From positions 272 through 64,271 of the forward strand of contig JBGVPV010000067.1 of assembly GCA_045127215.1 (NCBI GenBank): 64,000 nt of DNA, given 5' to 3'. Positions 57,109 to 64,000 of this stretch are shown piece by piece (position 1 is the first letter of the stretch; every line of letters starts with the position of its first letter). The position numbers and the translations under genes were made by a program. Under the pieces are notes generated by a model, which ran no database searches, had not been told where the DNA came from, and saw only the letters and a program-made list of their open reading frames with translations. Source of the stretch: Eubacteriales bacterium. Its GTDB lineage: Bacteria; Bacillota; Clostridia; Oscillospirales; CAG-272.

Positions 57109-60100
57109 ATGGACGAAACCTTTGCAATTCTAATTGACAGCAAAACCCGCTTTGAAACGGGTACAGCGGGCGGCTTTTGGCTTGATATGCCCGCTACGAA
57201 AGAACAGCTACACGCGGCGATGGAAAGTGTCGGGATTACGTCAAATAACCCGCAGGACTTTTTCATTCGCGGGTATATGGATAACGAACAAAATCACATA
57301 GCTTTGCCGCACGATCTTGTTTGTGCGGCAGACGTTGACGAGCTTAATTTTCTTGCGGCGCGTCTTGCCGAGCTTGACCCCGCAGAGATCGAAAAGCTCA
57401 ATGCCGCTTTGCAGAGCAAAATGGGCTTTGAGAACGTCGGGAAGATCATCGACTTTACCTATAACACCGATTTTTTTGTTCACGTTCCCGAAGCGCACAC
57501 GGCGCGGGAGCTTGGCGACTACTATCTAAACAAATCGGGTGCGGTGCAAATGCCCGAAGAATGGAAAGGCGGGATTGACCTTGCTATGTTCGGACAGCAC
57601 GCCGCCGAGCGCGAGGACGGCGCATTTACGCAGTACGGATATATCACCAAAAGCGGCGACGAGTGGGAGCGTCAATTTGAGGGGCGCGACGTTCCCGAAG
57701 AATACCGCATTATGAGTTATCCGCAACCGGCACGACTTGACCCCGAAAAGGTGGAATTTGATACGATTGCCACAAGGCAAGCGGCTGTCCTTACGGCAGA
57801 GCCGCCCGAAGCTATCCCCGTAAAACCGATCATTCCGACGGCGACAGACCCGAACGGAAAGCTGAAAGAGATTACTGACCGCTTGGAACAAGGTATTGCC
57901 GACCTTTTCAATAGCGAGCGTTTCAAAGAATACCTAAACGTAATGTCGAAATTCCACAATTACAGCTTTAACAATACGGTGCTGATTGCCTTGCAGAAGC
58001 CCGACGCTTCACTTGTTATGGGCTTTAACGCTTGGAAAGGAAAAGGCATTGAAAGGAACGTCAAAAAGGGCGAGCAAGGCATACGCATTTTTGCCCCCGC
58101 GCCTTATAAGATCAAGACCGAAGCGGAAAAGCTCGACCCCGACACAAAGAAGCCCATTATCGGTGAGGACGGCAAGCCGATCACCGAAACAAAAGAAATC
58201 ACCATACCCGCCTTTAAGGTGGTATGCGTCTATGACGTTTCGCAGACTGAGGGAAAGGAGCTACCGACGCTCGGTATTGATGAACTGCTCGGAAGCGTGG
58301 AAAATTACAAGGATTTTTTCGCCGCACTTGAAAAGACCTCTCCCGTCCCGATTGCCTTTGAGCAGATCGAGGGCGGCGCACACGGTTATTATCACCTTGA
58401 GGACAAGCGCATAGCTCTTGACGAGGGTATGAGCGAACTGCAAACCTTGAAAACGGCAATACACGAAATCGCACACGCAAAGCTACACGATATTGACCTT
58501 AACGCCCCCGCCGAGGAACGGGCGAACAGACCCGACAGACGCACACGCGAGGTTGAAGCGGAAAGCGTCGCCTATACCGTCTGTCAGCATTACGGGCTTG
58601 ATACGTCGGATTACTCTTTTGGCTACGTTGCGGGTTGGAGTAGCGGGCGTGAAATGTCGGAACTGAAAAGCTCCCTTGAAACTATCCGCGCAACCGCCGC
58701 CGAGATCATAGACAGCATTGACGCGCACATAGCGGAAATTCGAAAGGAGCGCGAAGCGGCACCGCCCGAACTTGACTCCAAAGGAGAACCGATGGTTACG
58801 ATCATTTGGAGTGAAAACAGCAAGCTCCGCGACGGTGAAACAATGCCCCTATCCCGCGCCAACGCTTTGTTTGAAGCTCTTGACGCGCAGAACAAAGATA
58901 CCCCCGGCTACGATAAAACAAAATTCCGTATTGACTTCACCCTTGACGGCAAGCCCGAACAGTATGAAGGACGCCAGGACTTAGGCGACGGCGAAGGATC
59001 CTTGATAGATCACATTGAAAAATTCAACGCCTATTATCTGAATAACGAGGAATGGCAGAATCAGCTATTACGGAGTGAGGGGCGCAAAGCTATGGAAGCA
59101 GACCGCGCCACACGCGGGCTTTTGGTGGGCGAGGTTGTCCCGTACTTGCGGCTTCATTGCAACCTCTCGGAAATGGAGCAAGCGGCGAAAAGTGCGCTCC
59201 ATAACACCGCAAGTCTGACACCCATTGATACAGCATATTTTACGGCAATTACCGAGTATGTTGCAGAGTGCCGCGCTATGCTCAACAGCGGGATCTACGA
59301 GCTTCCCGAAGCTCCGAAGCGGTCAGACTTTGACCCCGAATTGCAAGCATACAAAGCACAAGTTAAGGCAGAGGTCAAAAAGGAAACATACTTTGAGATT
59401 TACCAAATCGCAAACACCGAGCAGACGGCAGAAATCGTCTTTGAGCCATACGACCGATTGATAGCTACGGGGCATACTGTTGACCCCGCAAATTACGAAT
59501 TGGTGTACTCCGCGCCGCTTACGCCCGATATGACGCTTGAAGATATTTACACACGTTTCAATATCGACATTCCCGAAGATTACACGGGACGCAGTTTGTC
59601 GCTCTCTGATGTGGTGGTGCTTCATCAAGACGGCGACGTTAGCGCACATTACGTTGATAGCGTCGGCTTCCGCGAGGTACCGCAGTTTCTTGACCGCGAC
59701 AAAGCACAAGTGATTATCCCCGGCGAACACACGACGGGCGAAAAGATCACGACGCCGCGCGGCAGTTTCAGCGTTACCGATATGACCCGCGAGCAAATGG
59801 AAGTGGCGGGCTACGGCGTACATCATACGTCCGAGGACGGCAAGCACTTGATTATGGGAAATGGTACAAACGCTTTCGCCGTTGTCGCAGAAAATCCCAT
59901 AAAGCACGTTGAGGACACAATCGAGCAGAACGACAACAAGTTTGACGGTATCATCAACAACACGCCCGAACCACCCACCGTTGACGCATTGGAAGCAAAA
60001 GCAAAGGCGGGCGAGCCGATCTCCCTTGTCGATCTTGCAAATGCAATCAAGGCAGAGGAAAAGGGCGGCAAGAGTAAGCCTAAAGAGGAAAAACAATCTA

Positions 60101-60192
60101 TCCGCGCACAGCTTAAAAAGGACGCGGGCAAAGAAAAAGCCGCCCCGAAAAAAGCGGCGACCAAAAAGAAAAATAACGATTTGGAGGTATGA
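57109..60192 (+). CDS. Polyvalent ICE protein: ArdA-like(?) N-domain, ArdC-type ssDNA-binding domain, HExxH metalloprotease, YodL-like domain, Lys-rich tail
   Basis: ArdC N-domain FKEYLNVMSKFHNYSFNNTVLIALQKPDASLVMGFNAWKGKG. Zincin motif TAIHEIAHAKLHD. YodL-like YFEIYQI...LEDIYTRFNIDIPEDYTGRSLSLSDVVVL. The first ~200 aa (GGFWLDMPATKEQLHAAM...VDELNFLAARLAEL) resemble ArdA. Confidence 0.7.
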   Translation: MDETFAILIDSKTRFETGTAGGFWLDMPATKEQLHAAMESVGITSNNPQDFFIRGYMDNEQNHIALPHDLVCAADVDELNFLAARLAELDPAEIEKLNAALQSKMGFENVGKIIDFTYNTDFFVHVPEAHTARELGDYYLNKSGAVQMPEEWKGGIDLAMFGQHAAEREDGAFTQYGYITKSGDEWERQFEGRDVPEEYRIMSYPQPARLDPEKVEFDTIATRQAAVLTAEPPEAIPVKPIIPTATDPNGKLKEITDRLEQGIADLFNSERFKEYLNVMSKFHNYSFNNTVLIALQKPDASLVMGFNAWKGKGIERNVKKGEQGIRIFAPAPYKIKTEAEKLDPDTKKPIIGEDGKPITETKEITIPAFKVVCVYDVSQTEGKELPTLGIDELLGSVENYKDFFAALEKTSPVPIAFEQIEGGAHGYYHLEDKRIALDEGMSELQTLKTAIHEIAHAKLHDIDLNAPAEERANRPDRRTREVEAESVAYTVCQHYGLDTSDYSFGYVAGWSSGREMSELKSSLETIRATAAEIIDSIDAHIAEIRKEREAAPPELDSKGEPMVTIIWSENSKLRDGETMPLSRANALFEALDAQNKDTPGYDKTKFRIDFTLDGKPEQYEGRQDLGDGEGSLIDHIEKFNAYYLNNEEWQNQLLRSEGRKAMEADRATRGLLVGEVVPYLRLHCNLSEMEQAAKSALHNTASLTPIDTAYFTAITEYVAECRAMLNSGIYELPEAPKRSDFDPELQAYKAQVKAEVKKETYFEIYQIANTEQTAEIVFEPYDRLIATGHTVDPANYELVYSAPLTPDMTLEDIYTRFNIDIPEDYTGRSLSLSDVVVLHQDGDVSAHYVDSVGFREVPQFLDRDKAQVIIPGEHTTGEKITTPRGSFSVTDMTREQMEVAGYGVHHTSEDGKHLIMGNGTNAFAVVAENPIKHVEDTIEQNDNKFDGIINNTPEPPTVDALEAKAKAGEPISLVDLANAIKAEEKGGKSKPKEEKQSIRAQLKKDAGKEKAAPKKAATKKKNNDLEV

Positions 60193-60194
60193 GA

Positions 60195-60404
60195 ATGAAC
60201 ACAATATTTACCGTTGAGGAAACAAACCTTATCAGCATTTACATTTACGAAGATCGCGAAAGTCTGATAGAGGAAATGAGCGACGCGCTCCCCTATATGG
60301 ACGAGGATATGCGCGACCTTGCAAACTGTACCCTTGAAAAGCTCCGCACTATGACCGACGATGAATTTGCCGAGCTTGACATTTACGCGGCTGACGAGGA
60401 ATAA
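60195..60404 (+). CDS. Transposon-transfer assisting protein (TTRAP) family
   Basis: Start set to ATG 60195. MNTIFTVEETNLISIY...MTDDEFAEL is typical of the family. Confidence 0.7.
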   Translation: MNTIFTVEETNLISIYIYEDRESLIEEMSDALPYMDEDMRDLANCTLEKLRTMTDDEFAELDIYAADEE

Positions 60405-60515
60405 CGCCCACAAGCGCGAGGGCGCACCCTACGCGCCTTTCGCGCCGCAGACAGCAAACACACACGGCGCAGACAAACGCGCCCAAAACGAATTTTAGCG
60501 TACCCAAAACAAACA

Positions 60516-60558
60516 GACGGGGCGCGGCACCGATACGGCTGCCGCGTCCCGTCTTTTT
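60516..60558. terminator. Bidirectional terminator hairpin, left copy (flanks the AT-rich cassette)
   Basis: gacggggcgcggca (60516-60529) pairs with tgccgcgtcccgtc (60540-60553) with one G-U, followed by a T-run. It abuts the stop of the minus-strand HNH-like gene. Confidence 0.75.
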
Positions 60559-61489
60559 AATTTCGTTTATGTTCTTCTGCAAGTTTTCTTTCTTCAATTT
60601 CCCATTCTTTTGTGATTTCCTCAAAAGCCGCTTTTGTGCCAGGTTCTGCACCATTCCGCATTGCTGTGATTTCATCAAACATACTTTGTCCCCACGTTAC
60701 ATCAATCAAATTAAATAGGTGGTATGTTGTTTCACTTGTGCAACGTGAAAGTGTTGCTGTATTACTATCGGAAAGCATCGCATAGGGATATTGCAATTTT
60801 AAAATGGTATTGTTTCTTTCAAATATTTCATCGGTAATTCCTTTATCCCAACACAGAACAATGAACTGAACACTATTAAAGCGAAAAAGATATGATGTTG
60901 CAAGAGATTCAAAAGTTTCAACTTCGCGCGGCTCTCTAATATGTATTTGCCCCGTTTCGTAATTTATATGATCGACTATGCTGTTGCTTAAAAAGATAGG
61001 TGATTGACACCATTGCAATTTTTGATTGCCAAACATAAAATCGGGAGCAGGCGAATTATTTACCGCTAACCCCGCTAAAACTGTTACGTTTTTTAACGGC
61101 GCGGTTTCACTTTCATTCATCAAAAAATGTAAAATATCATCATCGAAAAAATCTGTATTTTCTCTTTTTGATCGCATATCGTTAAACGCATATTTTAATA
61201 GCATTTTTTGAATTAAAGCATAATCAAAGTTTATATTGAGTGTATCATCAACACCATACTTGGAAAGGAAATATTGACTGATAAAATTCTTTGCATAACT
61301 ATCAATGTATGAAATTCTTTGGTTGTTACACACGGCACATACATCGTTTACCATAGGGTCAGCAGGATATATTTTCCCTCTATTGCTATCTATGGTTAAA
61401 AAACATTCGGGGAATAAATCAAGTATGCCACTTGAAATGATATGTTCTTTTGTTGGCTTCGCTTCTTTTTTGCAGTACGCACACAGCAT
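60557..61489 (-). CDS. HNH-like nuclease domain protein with ~250-aa unknown C-terminal domain (AT-rich cargo)
   Basis: N-terminal pattern C3-x2-C6 ... E15-H16 ... N48 ... C51-x2-C54-N55 (MLCAYCKKEAKPTKEHIISSG...VNDVCAVCNN) fits a zinc-finger HNH/beta-beta-alpha-Me motif. RBS GGTGAGGTGA. Spot counts on two 60-nt lines give 27% and 33% G+C. Confidence 0.6.
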   Translation of the reverse strand: MLCAYCKKEAKPTKEHIISSGILDLFPECFLTIDSNRGKIYPADPMVNDVCAVCNNQRISYIDSYAKNFISQYFLSKYGVDDTLNINFDYALIQKMLLKYAFNDMRSKRENTDFFDDDILHFLMNESETAPLKNVTVLAGLAVNNSPAPDFMFGNQKLQWCQSPIFLSNSIVDHINYETGQIHIREPREVETFESLATSYLFRFNSVQFIVLCWDKGITDEIFERNNTILKLQYPYAMLSDSNTATLSRCTSETTYHLFNLIDVTWGQSMFDEITAMRNGAEPGTKAAFEEITKEWEIEERKLAEEHKRN

Positions 61490-61577
61490 AGTATCACCTC
61501 ACCTATTCAATCATTAACAATATAATTATAACATATTTTCGTGAATTTTTCTACCATTTTCCCGTTTTTCTATACCA

Positions 61578-61606
61578 TTGAAAAAAGCAAAAAAATATGG
61601 TATAAT
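61578..61606 (+). promoter_or_regulatory. Sigma-A-type promoter with extended -10 for the HExxH gene
   Basis: TTGAAA (61578-61583), 17-nt spacer ending in TGg, TATAAT (61601-61606). Confidence 0.55.
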
Positions 61607-61642
61607 ATTTTCAAAAGCCATAACAGAAAGGAAATTCTAACA

Positions 61643-62407
61643 ATGTGTATGGATATTTACAAAAACATAATAAACGAATATTTTAATGATATGAGTATTA
61701 CTCCGTTTGATATAAATATTGTTGAAACAACAGATGTAAAATCGGCTTATTATAAAATCCGTCCCGATCAAATTGGAAAAGATGATAAAAGTGACGGATA
61801 TTATAACGGCTTCTGTGTTCCTCCAAAAGATAACGACGGATTATTTACTATTCTGCTTGATAAAAATAATATCGACCGTTCCAAAGAGAACGGTAACTAT
61901 AATTGGGTAGGCACAATCGTTCACGAAACAACACACGCAGACGATTATATAAAATACCGCCAACTAATTTCTGCACAAAGCTATGACGAATTATATGATC
62001 ATAACAAACATCGAATATTTGGATTTTGGACAGAGTACCACTCTCGCGTTATGGGACAGCATTATGTTATAAAATACTCGATTGCAAACAATCACCCTTG
62101 TGGCAATGAAGAATATGTAATGAATACCGAAATGGAAAAATTACTAAAATGGTACAATGAAACTCCCGCAGAAAGTGGAGATAAATTATTGGAATTGTTG
62201 GCTACACTATTAGGTATGATTTCAGCGTGGGAAGATAATTTCCACGATTCCTTTAATAATTCTTTTGTTCACGAGCTATTTCAAGATACGCCAGATATGG
62301 AAAATCTATATGAGTTATTAAGAGAACATAATACCATTGAAAAAGCTGTTCCGCATTTTGATAAATTATATCAGCTTTTGAAAATATTATATCCTGAAAT
62401 GCCTTAA
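61643..62407 (+). CDS. Hypothetical protein with HExxH zincin-like motif (AT-rich cargo), divergent from the HNH-like gene
   Basis: Start set to ATG 61643 (MCMDIYKNII), which follows AAAGGAAA. The only recognisable motif is WVGTIVHETTHADDY. 254 aa with no signal peptide or TM. Confidence 0.55.
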   Translation: MCMDIYKNIINEYFNDMSITPFDINIVETTDVKSAYYKIRPDQIGKDDKSDGYYNGFCVPPKDNDGLFTILLDKNNIDRSKENGNYNWVGTIVHETTHADDYIKYRQLISAQSYDELYDHNKHRIFGFWTEYHSRVMGQHYVIKYSIANNHPCGNEEYVMNTEMEKLLKWYNETPAESGDKLLELLATLLGMISAWEDNFHDSFNNSFVHELFQDTPDMENLYELLREHNTIEKAVPHFDKLYQLLKILYPEMP

Positions 62408-62455
62408 AAAACGGGACGTGGTAACAAGTAAGTTTACCGCGTCCCGTCCTTTTTA
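62406..62455. terminator. Bidirectional terminator hairpin, right copy (flanks the AT-rich cassette)
   Basis: acgggacgtggtaa (62411-62424) pairs with ttaccgcgtcccgt (62434-62447) with one U-G. It is flanked by an A-run and a T-run. The arm sequence is shared with the hairpin at 60516-60553. Confidence 0.75.
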
Positions 62456-62458
62456 CGT

Positions 62459-63805
62459 TTATAGTATTGTTTCTTTCTTTTTCGCTTGCCCTCGGTCAAT
62501 CTTCAAAAAGCTGTCTATGTTCCGCTTCATTGTGTCATATTCCTTCACTTGCTTTTTGAGCTTGCCATAGTCAGCGTATAGGGCTTCTTTCTGCTCGGTC
62601 AGCTTTGCATATTCCGCTTGGAGCGCGGCAACGCTTGAGAGCTTACCGCCGACGTTAGCGGCGCGTAGTGCCTTTGCCGCCGCTTCATAGAGTATCAGAT
62701 CGCTTTCGTGAGAAGCGCGGAACTGCTCTTTGTTCTTCGCCTTTTTGTACGCTTCATAGACGGGCTTTGTCTTTTGGTACGTCGTGATATTCTTTATCAA
62801 AACCGCCATATCCGCAAGCCGCCTTTCGACACCCTTTAATGCGTCTGCCGCTTGCTCACTCGCCGCTGTGATTTCATCAATGCGGGCGATCAAATCCGTG
62901 TACTGCTCGATCTTATGCTCGGTTAAGAAATTGACCGTCTTTGCCGCTTGTTTGAGGTTATGAATTTTCGCCCATTGCTCATATCCTCGGCTCTGCTGTG
63001 CCTTGATACTGTTTTCAATATCAATGATAAGAGATACGCCCCTTTGCTCGATCTTGGGAGCTTTCGCGGCGCGGGTGCATTTGCCGTTGATACGCTCGGT
63101 AATTGCTTCCTCTGTATAGTCGGCACCGAGGGTTTTAAGACGGGTAAAACGCTCTTGACCTTGTGCGCGGCACGATATGTATTTACCGCGCTTGATCTCA
63201 TATCCCGCCGCCTGCAAACGCTGTAATAATTCTTCAAAGCTCGATACCTGGGGAATAAGCGCGTCCACCGCGATTTTGAGCTTGGATTTCCAACTCTTAC
63301 CCGCCTTGTCCGCTTGATACTCGGCGTAATGCTTGCCCTTGTTTTCGCTCGGCTCGACGACGGACAACCCGTTTTCGCGGCATAGCCGATCACTTGTATT
63401 TCGGATATTGTAATAGGTGCGCTTATTGGAATTGTACTTGTGATGATCTACGAAGTTTACGGCGCAAAAAATAATGTGATTGTGGATATGCCCCTTGTCA
63501 ATATGCGTCGTCAAAACGTATTCGTGCTGACCCTTTGTTACCGCGTCGGCAAGCTGATGCCCGATTTCGTGGGCTTTCTCATATTCCACTTCTCCCGGCG
63601 CAAAAGATTGTATCAAATGGTGGGCGAGATTATTGCCTTTCTCCATAGCTTGCGACAAGGTAAATCCGAACTCAATATCTGCCGTTTCATAGGAACAGCC
63701 GAACGAGGACACAAGGATTTTTTCGTCCGTCTTTGCGGGATTTTGGATATAGTCAAGTGCCTTGCTTAACGTGCTTTTAATAGGCTTAATCTTTGTAACC
63801 GCCAT
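62459..63805 (-). CDS. Relaxase (MobA/VirD2 family relaxase/mobilisation nuclease domain)
   Basis: N-terminal Tyr motif KALDYIQNP and histidine triad HIDKGHIHNHIIF. The C-terminal half is coiled-coil. Confidence 0.85.
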   Translation of the reverse strand: MAVTKIKPIKSTLSKALDYIQNPAKTDEKILVSSFGCSYETADIEFGFTLSQAMEKGNNLAHHLIQSFAPGEVEYEKAHEIGHQLADAVTKGQHEYVLTTHIDKGHIHNHIIFCAVNFVDHHKYNSNKRTYYNIRNTSDRLCRENGLSVVEPSENKGKHYAEYQADKAGKSWKSKLKIAVDALIPQVSSFEELLQRLQAAGYEIKRGKYISCRAQGQERFTRLKTLGADYTEEAITERINGKCTRAAKAPKIEQRGVSLIIDIENSIKAQQSRGYEQWAKIHNLKQAAKTVNFLTEHKIEQYTDLIARIDEITAASEQAADALKGVERRLADMAVLIKNITTYQKTKPVYEAYKKAKNKEQFRASHESDLILYEAAAKALRAANVGGKLSSVAALQAEYAKLTEQKEALYADYGKLKKQVKEYDTMKRNIDSFLKIDRGQAKKKETIL

Positions 63806-64000
63806 ATTTCCTCTAACGCTCCTTTGATCTCTGCAATATCCTCGGCGTACACGTTGCCCGTTGCATTGACGCGGCGGGCAATCTGATTGACGTTTACGCC
63901 GATCTTTTGTATCTCTGCCGTCATAGCTTTTATGTCGGTATGATCGACTTTGATAATATATCCGTCAATGGCAATCTTCCGCAGATATGCCGCCATATTG
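63766..64000 (-). CDS. mobC: MobC-family relaxosome accessory protein (N-terminus may lie beyond the window)
   Basis: IQKIGVNVNQIARRVNATG is the MobC signature. It overlaps the relaxase start by 40 nt. The frame is still open at the window edge. Confidence 0.75.
   Translation of the reverse strand, partial: NMAAYLRKIAIDGYIIKVDHTDIKAMTAEIQKIGVNVNQIARRVNATGNVYAEDIAEIKGALEEIWRLQRLSLLKAR

Larger units (their letters stand above)
43035..64000. mobile_element. Integrative conjugative element, Tn1549/CTn4-like transfer module; left end at ~43.03 kb, right end beyond the window
   Basis: Contiguous PcfB, VirD4-like, Maff2, VirB6-like, PrgI, VirB4-like, DUF4315, DUF4366, TopB, ArdC-like, TTRAP, relaxase and MobC genes. 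G+C is higher than the flank: spot counts on single 60-nt lines give 50-60%. The element starts where cotJC breaks off. No integrase is in the window. Confidence 0.85.

Noticed and set aside
59323-60413. Two overlapping - strand ORFs (293 and 196 aa)
   Set aside because: They are antisense to the 3' end of the ArdC-like polyvalent gene and to TTRAP. They have no RBS and are Phe/Cys/Leu-rich shadow frames.

Overview
The window has three parts. Family assignments come from reading the supplied translations and from remembered motifs. No database search was run.

**1. Left edge (1..~1200).** This is the 3' end of a large serine recombinase gene. It marks the right end of a mobile element that lies mostly outside the window.

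**2. Chromosome (~1.2..43.0 kb).** This is about 42 kb from a spore-forming Firmicute that looks Clostridia-like.
- Sporulation genes: pdaA-like deacetylase, gpr, spoIIP and cotJA-cotJB-cotJC.
- Housekeeping blocks: potABCD, pheST behind a T-box, ylxM-ffh-rpsP-KH, and tRNA-Leu(GAG).
- A long T-box-led branched-chain amino acid operon: ilvA-ridA-ilvB-ilvN-ilvC-(ECF S component)-ilvD-ilvE-(trpB-like).
- A cobalamin-riboswitch unit (DUF4430 lipoprotein plus an ECF S component), an MFS/GH2 sugar pair, and three tandem NUDIX genes.

**3. Conjugative element (~43.03 kb to the right edge, at least 21 kb).** Its transfer genes resemble the Tn1549/CTn4 type of integrative conjugative element.
- Transfer and accessory genes: PcfB, VirD4-like coupling protein, Maff2, VirB6-like, PrgI, VirB4-like, orphan methyltransferase, DUF4315, DUF4366, topoisomerase III, a 1027-aa ArdC-type polyvalent protein, TTRAP, and relaxase plus MobC.

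**Most notable observations**
- The element begins exactly where cotJC loses its C-terminal third. This would make it a sporulation-gene-interrupting element.
- The element carries two AT-rich cargo insertions of unknown function, both candidate defence or exclusion loci.
  - One is a divergent two-gene cassette (HNH-like nuclease plus HExxH protein), bracketed by two copies of the same terminator hairpin.
  - The other is a single three-TM membrane protein.
- The tRNA-Leu 3' end and its terminator are duplicated about 190 bp downstream, which looks like an att scar.
- PotC and PotD are fused into one protein with the binding domain tethered at both ends.

No CRISPR array, rRNA gene or transposase was seen.
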